DNA of 64,000 nt. Origin: an uncultured Pontibacter sp. (lineage in GTDB: Bacteria > Bacteroidota > Bacteroidia > Cytophagales > Hymenobacteraceae). The notes beneath the pieces were generated by a model. It had not been told where the DNA came from and ran no database searches. It saw only the letters and a list, made by a program, of their open reading frames with translations. This document shows, piece by piece, positions 29,114 through 38,382 of this stretch (the stretch's first letter is position 1; every line of letters begins with the position of its first letter). Both the position numbers and the translations under genes were made by a program. The DNA lies in assembly GCF_947492645.1 (NCBI RefSeq), contig NZ_CANLMZ010000013.1, forward strand, positions 10,195 to 74,194, read 5' to 3'.

Positions 29114-29244
29114 GGCATAATGGTTTATAGTAACCTTTGACTGTTGTTCTGATACAAAACTAGTTGTTTCTGAATGTTAGAAATAAATTATACGCTTAAG
29201 GGGTCATTGAGACAATTATTCCTTAAGCTTTTACCCCTGGTTTA

Positions 29245-29294
29245 TTACAAGCTTGCAAACTATCAGTGCAGCACTTCATACAGGTTTATATTTG
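29245..29294 (+). promoter_or_regulatory. conserved upstream element TTACAAGCTTGCAAA plus -7 box TATATTTG (copy 2)
   Basis: The motif at 29245-29259 and the TATATTTG box at 29287-29294 have the same 42-nt offset as copy 1. A 10-bp perfect inverted repeat acaggtttat (29280-29289) / ataaacctgt (29305-29314) brackets the -7 box and abuts the ATG at 29315. Confidence 0.65.
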
Positions 29295-29314
29295 AACATT
29301 TAACATAAACCTGT

Positions 29315-29776
29315 ATGATTAAATATTCTTATCCTTTTATTATTCCACATGAAGAAGGTGGTAAGTTATATGTTTCTTCCAATCGTTTTATAGGTGCAGG
29401 CACCTTTAGCTATGGAATTGATAAGGAAATTATAGAGCAGGCTCTATTAGATGAATGCAAGCAAAAATGGCCAGATAAAATTGCTCCGCAAATAGCTAGT
29501 GGATTAGTTACTAGCCTAACAATTGGGTACAGCAGTAGTTTACCTATGATTAATGCGCTTGGGGTTCCAGATCATGTAACGAAACAAGTTCAACATGTTT
29601 TTTATGGAGGTGTCGAGATTATGGGACCAAATGTAACGTATACTTGGCCCAATGGCAGAATTACACAGGTTAAAAGAGTAATCAAGGCATATGCCTTTCA
29701 AGACTCAAATGTATTGTATGTGCGGCATGAGTCGGTTAAGTCTCATAGCGAGATTAACTACATGTTAAGTGTTTAA
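29315..29776 (+). CDS. hypothetical protein, family shared with 24324..24821
   Basis: 153 aa. See the paralogue for the shared C-terminal block and the shared upstream element. Confidence 0.65.
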   Translation: MIKYSYPFIIPHEEGGKLYVSSNRFIGAGTFSYGIDKEIIEQALLDECKQKWPDKIAPQIASGLVTSLTIGYSSSLPMINALGVPDHVTKQVQHVFYGGVEIMGPNVTYTWPNGRITQVKRVIKAYAFQDSNVLYVRHESVKSHSEINYMLSV

Positions 29777-29864
29777 CAGAGTAAAGGTTAAGCCTGTCTA
29801 TTTTCCGCATTTATAAGTCGAGTGTGTTCTATTTTTTTCAAGTAGTGTCTCCATCTGTAGTGAT

Positions 29865-31034
29865 ATGATGCAAGTTCATTTAATTCGTTCTCATGATTTT
29901 AGTTCTGAAGCTTTTGAAATGATTCAGAACGTGCTTCAATCTAAAGCAGGACTTATATCGTTTATCGGCAGCAAAACCATATGTGGATGTCTTAGACTGA
30001 GTGTAGTTGTTGAAAAAGACTTTGATGGTTATACCTCAGATACCAGCTGGCAGAACTTTAACGACTTCTGTACCAGATACCGAAATGAAAATGGTTTATC
30101 ACCAGAGGATGTTGTGGTACTACTTACACCCGAACCATTATTCTTAAACTGGTTTACCGCTTTTGACGATGAAGAGAACAACATCTTTATACGAACAGAT
30201 GAGTGGGAAAAGTACTTACATTGTAGCCCGGTATATCCTGTTGCTTACCTTGTAATGGCTCAGGTTCTACAGAAAGCATTGTACAAATCAACTGCTGTTA
30301 AGCTAGCGCATACACACGATAAACCAGAGGGATGTATCAATGACTTTTGTAGCTATAAAAAGGACATAACCTTTAAGTTGCGTACAGCTGATATTTGTGT
30401 TCCCTGCTTAGAGAAAATGGTGCATGCAGGATTAAAGCCAGAATACATTACCCAGGCACTTTCACTCTTTGATGTAATACGCCAAGAGATGTTATTTCGG
30501 CAGCGCTACAAATTAAACTTAGTGCCCAAGAGCATTGCTATAAGAAGAAACAAAGGCAGAAAAAAGGGTATCGTTGTAGAGTTATTGGAATCGAAACAGT
30601 TAGTGGAACTTAACCCAACACAGTCTCTTGTTTATCTCTTCTTTTTAAATCATCCAGAAGGGGTAGTACTAAGTAAGTTATTGCATACAAAGTATAGAGA
30701 AGAGCTACTTTATCTATATGCAAACCTTACCAACAGAATAAAAATCAATAATACTGATTCATTGAATCGGTACGCTGGTATTGAAAATACTATTGACTCT
30801 TTAGTTACGGATGATGCCATACTTTCTCCTATCATTGCCAAAATTAAAAAGCTATTTATAGACAAAATTGGCCTTGAGAGCTCAAAAGTGTACTACATCC
30901 AGGGCGAGAAATCTATGCCTAAAAAAATCAGCTTAGATCGTTCAATGATCACTTATGAGCAGGATGTTATTGATTATGTGCTAGGACCATATCATTTTGC
31001 ACAGCCGGAAAGTAATACTGTTTTAATACAATAA
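29865..31034 (+). CDS. hypothetical protein with archaemetzincin-like Cys4 motif (HExxH degenerate) and C-terminal helical domain
   Basis: 389 aa. The segment LAHTHDKPEGCINDFCSYKKDITFKLRTADICVPC has the same C-x4-5-C-x-[MY]...C-x2-C layout as the canonical archaemetzincin at 47031, but lacks HExxH. Confidence 0.55.
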   Translation: MMQVHLIRSHDFSSEAFEMIQNVLQSKAGLISFIGSKTICGCLRLSVVVEKDFDGYTSDTSWQNFNDFCTRYRNENGLSPEDVVVLLTPEPLFLNWFTAFDDEENNIFIRTDEWEKYLHCSPVYPVAYLVMAQVLQKALYKSTAVKLAHTHDKPEGCINDFCSYKKDITFKLRTADICVPCLEKMVHAGLKPEYITQALSLFDVIRQEMLFRQRYKLNLVPKSIAIRRNKGRKKGIVVELLESKQLVELNPTQSLVYLFFLNHPEGVVLSKLLHTKYREELLYLYANLTNRIKINNTDSLNRYAGIENTIDSLVTDDAILSPIIAKIKKLFIDKIGLESSKVYYIQGEKSMPKKISLDRSMITYEQDVIDYVLGPYHFAQPESNTVLIQ

Positions 31035-31059
31035 ATAAAGTGACAGTGAAAAGGTAAAT

Positions 31060-32070
31060 ATGGACTTTATGGGAATCAGTCTCTTGTTAAAAGCTACTTT
31101 ACTTTTTTTGCTTCTCTCATGCGCTAGTCTATGCAAAGCGCAGGCACTAAGTAAAGCAAAGTTTTACAAAAAGATTGAAAAGCTTTATCTAAGTGGCGAG
31201 TATGATAAAGCTCTTAAGGAGATTAAAAAGCTAGAGCAGGAGAGATTTGATAAAGAAGGCAACTTAAAGTATTCTCTCCGAAATGACATAGTCTACTACC
31301 ATTTCAAACTTTCAGCAATTTTAAAAAGAGGTGAAAAAAATAATCTTCGAGAATTGGTCGGTCTTTATAGTAGGCTACAAGCACTGGATAGCACAAAGCA
31401 ATATCTCACACTGCCACAATACAAGTCTCTTTTAATATACTTTAATCAGGTTGCTGAGAAGTTCCTGCATACGGATCAACTAATGCTAACAAGGAGTATA
31501 GTTAACATACTCGCTAGACATGGAGATACGACAGTCCTTTATCATAGTGTTTACCCGAAGCTTGAGACATTAGAACAAGCTAACAGAGGTGCCTTGCAAG
31601 AGTTTTTGATAAAGTATGATTTTGGCGAAGTTGATAAAAAGGCATTAGCAGTTAATAAGCAGTCTGCCATCAAAGAACAGGCTCTGGAATTAACAAAAGG
31701 CCTGACTCATGATTTTGAGAAAGCGAGGGCAATCTATAGCTGGATTGTATATAACATTACCTACGACTACACCTATTCATATTACTTTGCAGGCGATACC
31801 TTTAAGAACAATTCAGGAGTATGCAGTGGGTTTAGTTACTTGTTTCAAGAGATGTGTTACTACGCTGGTTTGAGTGCTGTTCGAATAACTGGGAGGGCTT
31901 ACAATGGATCAGGCGTAGGAAGGCATGCATGGAATTCTGTGGAATTGTATGGTTATGACTTCTTTATTGAGAGTACTTGGGCATCCTGTGTTAAGGAAAA
32001 AGTGGATGACTATTTTCTAGTAGATCCTCAAGTATTTTCTAAAACTCATATTGCAGACATATATGATTAA
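31060..32070 (+). CDS. secreted transglutaminase-like (papain-fold cysteine peptidase-like) protein, copy 1
   Basis: 336 aa with a signal peptide, a helical N-terminal half, and a C-terminal core SGVCSGFSYLFQEMC...GRHAWNSVE...IESTWAS (Cys and His in transglutaminase-core context). It is a paralogue of 48456..49472. Confidence 0.7.
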   Translation: MDFMGISLLLKATLLFLLLSCASLCKAQALSKAKFYKKIEKLYLSGEYDKALKEIKKLEQERFDKEGNLKYSLRNDIVYYHFKLSAILKRGEKNNLRELVGLYSRLQALDSTKQYLTLPQYKSLLIYFNQVAEKFLHTDQLMLTRSIVNILARHGDTTVLYHSVYPKLETLEQANRGALQEFLIKYDFGEVDKKALAVNKQSAIKEQALELTKGLTHDFEKARAIYSWIVYNITYDYTYSYYFAGDTFKNNSGVCSGFSYLFQEMCYYAGLSAVRITGRAYNGSGVGRHAWNSVELYGYDFFIESTWASCVKEKVDDYFLVDPQVFSKTHIADIYD

Positions 32071-32183
32071 AACTTCCTTATCTTTTTTAAAATATATTTA
32101 AAGCGCTATATTATACAGCGAAACTTTCATACTATAGTTGCTATAGAAAATTTATAAACTTCTCACTCTTACAATTTTTATTA

Positions 32184-33995
32184 ATGGAAAACTTGCTAAC
32201 TAAATCCGACTTCCTGGTGGCTCAGGAATGCCCAACTAAATTGTATTATAAAAAGCTTGGAATGCCAACTTCTGATGAGGGCAACGAGTTTAGGAATATG
32301 TTAGCTGAAAGTGGATATGCTGTTGGTAAAATGGCGCAATTATATTTCCCTGAAGGAATTTTAGCTGGTAGTGATACTAATACAGAAGCTGCCATTGAAG
32401 CAACTAAAGCGCTGTTAGAAAGTGAAAATGTTACTTTGTTTGAAGCAACTGTTAAACATGGTGCAATGCTTGTTAGAATTGATATTCTACAGAAAGTGGG
32501 CAATGCGTTAAAAATCATAGAAGTTAAATCCAAGTCATTTTCTTCTAGTGAATTCAATATAGCAGAAGCAAAAGGGAATACCTACTTTGGAAGCAAGTGG
32601 TCTGCTGAATTACATGATGTAGCATTCCAAAAATTAGTGCTTGCATCAGCTTATCCAGAGTCAATTATTGAAACTTGGCTGATGCTGCCAGATACAGATA
32701 AAATTACTAAGATGGAAGGGCTTGCATCTATGTTTGAGCTTCAGGAAGCTATAAATGGTACAGGTAAAACAGACTATATTTTTAATTTTACTGGTGATGA
32801 GGAGGAGCTTCGCAAGGAAAGTCTGTTAAGTACAGTAAGAATAGATAAATTTATCACACCTGCCATGGCTGCAGAAGCTTATAATTTTGAGCAGGCAGTT
32901 GTTGCCAATAATAAAATTCAAGTCCCGATTTCTGCGAAATGCAACAATTGTAATTACACAGTTACAAACGCTAATTTTCCTAAAAGCGGTTATGAACAGT
33001 GTTGGGGTAATTTAGCATACAGAGAACCGCACATTTTAAAGCTGTCATATTTAGGAAATTTAAACACTGAAAAGAAAGGGAAATTGATTGACAGGCTCAT
33101 TAAAGAAGGTAAAGTTTTGCAAACTGACATCCCAGAAGCTGAGTTGCAAAAAATGAAGATTCGTAGGCCTTGGTTTCAGGCTTATCGTAAGGAAGAGTTT
33201 TTTGAAACAGACGCGTTTAATAAAATAACGTCTACTCTCAAGTATCCACTTTACTTCGTTGACTTTGAAACAACAAATATGGTAATACCTCCACATGCAG
33301 GTATGAGACCTTACCAAGATGTAGGTTTCCAATGGAGTTGTCATACCATTAAAGAAAAGGGTGCACCTATAATTCATGACGAGTGGATCAATACAAAAGC
33401 TGCAAATCCAAATCTTGAATTTTTAACGTCATTGAAAAACTGTATCGGAAATAGTGGTACAGTTTTAACCTGGTCTAATCATGAGTCGAAAACTATAAAT
33501 AAATTAGTACAACAGTTAGACCCTACTACTCACGAAGATTTGATCCAATGGGCAGAAACCTTGAAAAAGGAATCAGCTAGAATACTTGATATGCGCGAAT
33601 TCGCTACTAGTAACTATCATCATCCGTTGATGGGTGGTAGAACTTCTATCAAGGTAACTCTGCCTGCTGTTCTTGCTGCCATGGACACAAAGAAGATTGA
33701 AAACATGTTAAGTCCTCAAAAATTGTATGGCACTGATGAAATAGGTCAGGTTATCAATCCCTATAATTTGTTGCCAGATATAACCATTGGTAATAAAGCA
33801 TTAAATGTAAGTGATGGCACGGGAGCTATCAAAGCTTATAAAGAGATGATCTATGGTGAATATAAAAATGATACTGCAAAATCAGAAGCTGTAAAAAAGT
33901 CTCTACTTAACTATTGCCATTTAGATACGCTAGCCATGGTTATCATTTGGAAACACTGGTGTGATCTAGCAGGCTTTGAATTTAATGTTAACTGA
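32184..33995 (+). CDS. DUF2779-like protein (PD-(D/E)xK nuclease-like N-terminus plus RNase H/exonuclease-like domain)
   Basis: 603 aa with N-terminal LTKSDFLVAQECPTKLYYKK, IEVKSKS (E-x-K), a CNNCNY...C cluster and YPLYFVDFETT, as I recall for DUF2779 family members. Confidence 0.65.
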   Translation: MENLLTKSDFLVAQECPTKLYYKKLGMPTSDEGNEFRNMLAESGYAVGKMAQLYFPEGILAGSDTNTEAAIEATKALLESENVTLFEATVKHGAMLVRIDILQKVGNALKIIEVKSKSFSSSEFNIAEAKGNTYFGSKWSAELHDVAFQKLVLASAYPESIIETWLMLPDTDKITKMEGLASMFELQEAINGTGKTDYIFNFTGDEEELRKESLLSTVRIDKFITPAMAAEAYNFEQAVVANNKIQVPISAKCNNCNYTVTNANFPKSGYEQCWGNLAYREPHILKLSYLGNLNTEKKGKLIDRLIKEGKVLQTDIPEAELQKMKIRRPWFQAYRKEEFFETDAFNKITSTLKYPLYFVDFETTNMVIPPHAGMRPYQDVGFQWSCHTIKEKGAPIIHDEWINTKAANPNLEFLTSLKNCIGNSGTVLTWSNHESKTINKLVQQLDPTTHEDLIQWAETLKKESARILDMREFATSNYHHPLMGGRTSIKVTLPAVLAAMDTKKIENMLSPQKLYGTDEIGQVINPYNLLPDITIGNKALNVSDGTGAIKAYKEMIYGEYKNDTAKSEAVKKSLLNYCHLDTLAMVIIWKHWCDLAGFEFNVN

Positions 33996-34081
33996 GATGT
34001 TAGTAAGGTAACAATACTTCTATTATATGGGTCTTTAAGCGCTCATAGCTTCAGAACATTGAATAGAGTACAAGTATCTTA

Positions 34082-34687
34082 ATGGATAAGGCTTTAAAAA
34101 GAATAAAACAACTTTTCCTGTATAGTGGGGCCACCATGATTGTATTTGTTATAATCATGGTTTCTCCATTAGGACGAATTATCGAGAAAGGCATAAACCT
34201 TCATTTTATGTCAATCCATAACAGGATGCTTAGCAACGAAATAACTGCTTTTGACAGTATAGAGTGTAAGTTGCTGTATGAAGGTATGATAGTAGCTGGC
34301 AAGTTCTTGTATCCAGAAGGGGCAGAGATATTAAATCATTATATCAATGGAAATGGCTCAGATTTAAATCTTGATCCAACCTATATACAATCTTCTCCAG
34401 TTGTGGTAAGACATTTACAAAAAATGCGGATTGGTGAAACCAAAGTGGTTAGGTTTTCACAGAGGGAGGATTGGAGACTTTCTTATGCATTAAACCCATT
34501 TAAACTAAAGAAAGAGAAGGATAGAGTATTACTTTGGCAAGAAATAGAGTTTCTCAAAAGCAAACATGTTTATACTGAGTTAAACTTTGGTGTTTTCAAA
34601 TTAAAGCTACAAGATGGTCTAATTCATTCTTTAAAACCAAAAAAATTTGTAGTTAGAAGCGAATGGGTATATAAATCTGTAAAATGA
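34082..34687 (+). CDS. hypothetical membrane-anchored protein
   Basis: 201 aa with one N-terminal hydrophobic helix (YSGATMIVFVIIMVSPL). No recognised domain. Confidence 0.5.
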   Translation: MDKALKRIKQLFLYSGATMIVFVIIMVSPLGRIIEKGINLHFMSIHNRMLSNEITAFDSIECKLLYEGMIVAGKFLYPEGAEILNHYINGNGSDLNLDPTYIQSSPVVVRHLQKMRIGETKVVRFSQREDWRLSYALNPFKLKKEKDRVLLWQEIEFLKSKHVYTELNFGVFKLKLQDGLIHSLKPKKFVVRSEWVYKSVK

Positions 34688-34767
34688 TAATATTATACTT
34701 TGTGTACTGTCAATAACTCTATTGCTATGTTCAGCAGTACTTCAATTAAAAGTATACGCAACTATCA

Positions 34768-35277
34768 TTATCTCACAAGCTTTTCAAACTCTATCCTTGA
34801 TTTGTTTTGGCTCCCAACAACATTGTGGGGGAAAGAGGCCAATCTTACTACATAGTAATTCGAAATATAACTAATACTTATATAAGAGTAGCCTTCATCC
34901 ATTTGAATCGCATGGTGTCTAGGGGAATCTTTAAAGTTATCATAAATAGCATTAGCTAATTCTTTAATATCCTTATACTCATCCTGAGTAGAATATCCAC
35001 AAAGCTCAGCCGAAACAACACATTCTTCGCATATGGTGCCATTGTAGTGATATAGATCTTGCTCTTTATACAATCTATGGTTAAATAAATAGGTGTCATA
35101 TAATAAATTACTATCATAATAAACATCTACAGGTATTCCCTTTAGTTTACTCCGCTCATTTTTAATAATTTTTACATACTCCAAATTTAGTTGTGTTAAC
35201 TGATCCTTAGTAAGGAAAGGTTTTAAGTGCATTAAAGATGCGAGACACGCCAAAAATATGATTTGAAGTATGTGCAT
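34768..35277 (-). CDS. secreted CAP/SCP-like (YkwD-type) domain protein
   Basis: 169 aa with a signal peptide. The block NERSKLKGIPV...DSPRHHAIQMDEGYSYISIS...YVVRL resembles the bacterial CAP domain (SPxH...Y..IGI...Y.V). Confidence 0.45.
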   Translation of the reverse strand: MHILQIIFLACLASLMHLKPFLTKDQLTQLNLEYVKIIKNERSKLKGIPVDVYYDSNLLYDTYLFNHRLYKEQDLYHYNGTICEECVVSAELCGYSTQDEYKDIKELANAIYDNFKDSPRHHAIQMDEGYSYISISYISNYYVVRLASFPHNVVGSQNKSRIEFEKLVR

Positions 35278-35503
35278 AAACTAAAAGAATCAGAGGCTTT
35301 AGGAGTAGTTAAATTCTAATAAAAGCTGATCATTATTTATTAAAAGAACTCCTTACTAAACGTGCATGATTTTTTCATTATTATATTCTGATATTTATAT
35401 ATATTTGAAAATATAATAAGGGGAATTCTTGATAACCCACCTACCGTAATAATAGGTTCTGCTCAACTACTCTCTTATTTGTATATCCAAATCCAATTTT
35501 TAA

Positions 35504-36619
35504 ATGAAAACTATACAACTAATAAAAAGCCACATTGGTGGACGATCTGAGCAGCAAGACTCGAGCAATTCAGAGAGAGTACAAACAAAAATTGGCCGGC
35601 TACTTTTAATTGCCGATGGAATGGGTGGGCATAATGGAGGGAGTATAGCATCAAAAAAAGCTATTGAAGTTGTTTTAGATACTGTAAATAATTGTGAAGT
35701 CTCATTATCTGCATCAGATTGTTTAGTAAACAGTATTTGCAAGGCCAATGAAGCTATATATAATACTGCTCAAGAGGACCCAGCTTTAAAAGGTATGGGT
35801 ACAACCATAGTAGCTTTATTACTAACTGACGAATCTGCTATTCTTTGTCATGTAGGAGATAGCAGGATATATCATATAAGAGGTAATTCTATCCAGTTTA
35901 AGACTCAGGACCATTCTTGGGTAGGGGAGATGGTGAAAAATGGGCTTCTCAGCGAACAAGAAGCTCAACATCATGAAAAGTCAAATATTATAACTAGAGC
36001 TTTAGGCATAAGCTCGACTGTACAGGTTGACTCACATACAATAACAGACCTACAGGAAGAAGATATGTTTCTTCTATGCTCTGATGGAATAACTGGTGCT
36101 TTAGATGATGCTACGCTAGTTCAGGTACTCAATTCGAAAGAACATTTAGAGGATTGCTTAGACCACATTATTTCTGTTGTAGATAATGTAGGCCAATCTA
36201 AGGGCGGTGGACATGACAACATGACTATTGGTGTCTTGAAGATTAAGAAATTAGAGAAAAACCAAGCAAATCTTAAGACACGAATTATTCCAGAGCAGGA
36301 TGGTGGATCTTCACCTGAAAAGGCTGGCATTAACAAAAAGCTACTTGTAACACTCATTTTTTTAGCTGTTCTGTTAAGCTGTATCAGCTTCTACTTAGGG
36401 TACCAAAATGGAGCTCCTGAAGCCAGCCTGAATAATAATGAGCAGACTGATGAGAAGCGAAGTGAGTTAACTACGCCTGTACAAGATAAGGAAGATAATG
36501 ATCTGCCCACGGATAGAAAAGCGGTAGATAAAAATACCTCTCAACATGCCATTATACCTTCAAACGAAACACAAAAGACGACAGTTGAATCAAACCCAAC
36601 TGTAAATAATGCAGAGTAA
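35504..36619 (+). CDS. PP2C-family Ser/Thr protein phosphatase with C-terminal membrane anchor
   Basis: 371 aa with ADGMGGHNGGSIASKKA, GTTIVALL, HVGDSRIY, LCSDGITG and HDNMT. It has a hydrophobic helix LLVTLIFLAVLLSCISFYLGY and then a polar tail. Confidence 0.9.
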   Translation: MKTIQLIKSHIGGRSEQQDSSNSERVQTKIGRLLLIADGMGGHNGGSIASKKAIEVVLDTVNNCEVSLSASDCLVNSICKANEAIYNTAQEDPALKGMGTTIVALLLTDESAILCHVGDSRIYHIRGNSIQFKTQDHSWVGEMVKNGLLSEQEAQHHEKSNIITRALGISSTVQVDSHTITDLQEEDMFLLCSDGITGALDDATLVQVLNSKEHLEDCLDHIISVVDNVGQSKGGGHDNMTIGVLKIKKLEKNQANLKTRIIPEQDGGSSPEKAGINKKLLVTLIFLAVLLSCISFYLGYQNGAPEASLNNNEQTDEKRSELTTPVQDKEDNDLPTDRKAVDKNTSQHAIIPSNETQKTTVESNPTVNNAE

Positions 36620-36623
36620 TCTA

Positions 36624-38333
36624 ATGACAACAGACTTACTAATTCCTAATTATAACCTTCTGCGTGTAATAGGCGAAGGGGGCATGGCCACAGTGTACCT
36701 TGGCGAACACGCTCATCTGGGTAATAAGGTGGCTATCAAGGTGCTCAACTCCCACTACGCTCGGCACCAGCAGGTGCGAAGTCGCTTTTTGACGGAGGCC
36801 AAAGTGCTGGCCTCCTTTCAGCACCCGCACATTGTAGGCGTAAAAGACTTCTACGAAGAAGGCGATACGCTGGCTTTTGTCATGGATTATGTTGAAGGAC
36901 TTCCCCTTGATGAGTACCTCTACACTCACAATGCCCTGCGTGATCCGGCTAAAGCCATTGTTTTCTTTTCACAGATGCTGGATGCCTTCAGCTATGCCCA
37001 CCAAAAGGGGGTAGTGCACCGTGACATCAAGCCCGGCAATCTGATGGTAACACAGGACGGACAAGTGCGGGTGTTGGACTTTGGGATTGCTAAATTATTG
37101 GAAACGCAAGTAGGTGCGGCTAAGGCCACTGCCACCGGCACGATGCTAGGCACGCCGATGTACATGAGCCCGGAGCAGATCAACTTAAAGTCAGGCGAAA
37201 GCATTGACCACCGCAGTGACATCTACGCGTTAGGGGTGACGCTGCATCAGATTCTCTCAGGTCGTCCGCCCTACGATGCTGACACCCATTCAGGCTTTGA
37301 GATGCAGATGAAAATCATGACTGAGCCCCTGTCTCGCCTGGAACAAGTGCCCGAGTGGCTGCAGCAGGTTGTAGACAAGGCCACAGCTAAGATAAGAGAC
37401 GATCGTTTCCAGAGCTGCTCTGAATTCCTGCAAGCGCTTAGAAGAGAAACAGGCGCTAGCATAGTAGAGCAGCCAGTGTTCAAGCCTGTCTATAATGAAA
37501 CTCCTAGAGTGGAGGCTAAGACAGTTGTAAGTACGCCAGAGCAGCAGAAGACACATTTAACTGCTGTTCCTCAAGTAACACAAATACTTGAAAAGCCACA
37601 GACCACGCAGTTTATCGCCCCTGCCCAACCAACCAAAGCAGTAGAGCAGAAGGCGGGACTGGATCTAAATAAATTCGGTAAAGAGCCTGATAAAAAGAGT
37701 AACACTTTGTCTTGGGTCATAGCAGTTTTAGTTATAGTCATTGGTGGTATCATTTGGGGAGTTAGTGTAATGTCTGGTAGTTCATCTTATTCTGGTTCAG
37801 AGACTGTGATAAGTGATGAGACCTGGGTTGAAGAGACTATAATTGAAGATACAACAGCTATTGAAGTGGATGAAGTAAAAGTTGTTGAAGCTGAACCTTT
37901 TGTAGTTGGTAAATCAGTAGTTGAAAAAGCTTTCCTACAGTACTTACCTGACATTTCTGGAGGAAGAAACCTTTTGGAGTTAGAAGCTTACGAAGGGAAA
38001 AAATACAAAATTTTAGTTGGCGATTTAAATGGCGATGGCCTGCAGGATGGTATAGTTGATTACTCTCTTGAACCAACATTTGAAGATACTGGCGGAGGAA
38101 ATGCAATTGGCGCACTACCGGGGCTAGTAGCATTCATCAATACTGGTAATAAATTGACTATTGCTGATCATTCAGAAGAATTTAATTACATGTATAAAAT
38201 ATCGAAAATTAATAATGGGGTTATCTTTCTTGAAGGGTTCGAATATGCAGAGGATGACGCAAGGTGCTGTCCTTCAATTGAAGTAACTAAGAAGCTTGTA
38301 CTTCGAAATGATAAGTTAACATCATTAGATTAA
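36624..38333 (+). CDS. Hanks-type Ser/Thr protein kinase 1 (TM plus extracytoplasmic FG-GAP-like domain)
   Basis: GEGGMATVY, VAIKVL, HRDIKPGN, DFGIAK and MYMSPEQ, with TM helix WVIAVLVIVIGGIIWGV and a C-terminal domain containing VGDLNGDGLQDGIVD. The start is set to the ATG at 36624 (MTTDLLIPNY), as in the three paralogues. Confidence 0.9.
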   Translation: MTTDLLIPNYNLLRVIGEGGMATVYLGEHAHLGNKVAIKVLNSHYARHQQVRSRFLTEAKVLASFQHPHIVGVKDFYEEGDTLAFVMDYVEGLPLDEYLYTHNALRDPAKAIVFFSQMLDAFSYAHQKGVVHRDIKPGNLMVTQDGQVRVLDFGIAKLLETQVGAAKATATGTMLGTPMYMSPEQINLKSGESIDHRSDIYALGVTLHQILSGRPPYDADTHSGFEMQMKIMTEPLSRLEQVPEWLQQVVDKATAKIRDDRFQSCSEFLQALRRETGASIVEQPVFKPVYNETPRVEAKTVVSTPEQQKTHLTAVPQVTQILEKPQTTQFIAPAQPTKAVEQKAGLDLNKFGKEPDKKSNTLSWVIAVLVIVIGGIIWGVSVMSGSSSYSGSETVISDETWVEETIIEDTTAIEVDEVKVVEAEPFVVGKSVVEKAFLQYLPDISGGRNLLELEAYEGKKYKILVGDLNGDGLQDGIVDYSLEPTFEDTGGGNAIGALPGLVAFINTGNKLTIADHSEEFNYMYKISKINNGVIFLEGFEYAEDDARCCPSIEVTKKLVLRNDKLTSLD

Positions 38334-38382
38334 TCAATACATATAGCTCCTTTCTATAAATTATTTTAAGAAAAATAATTAC

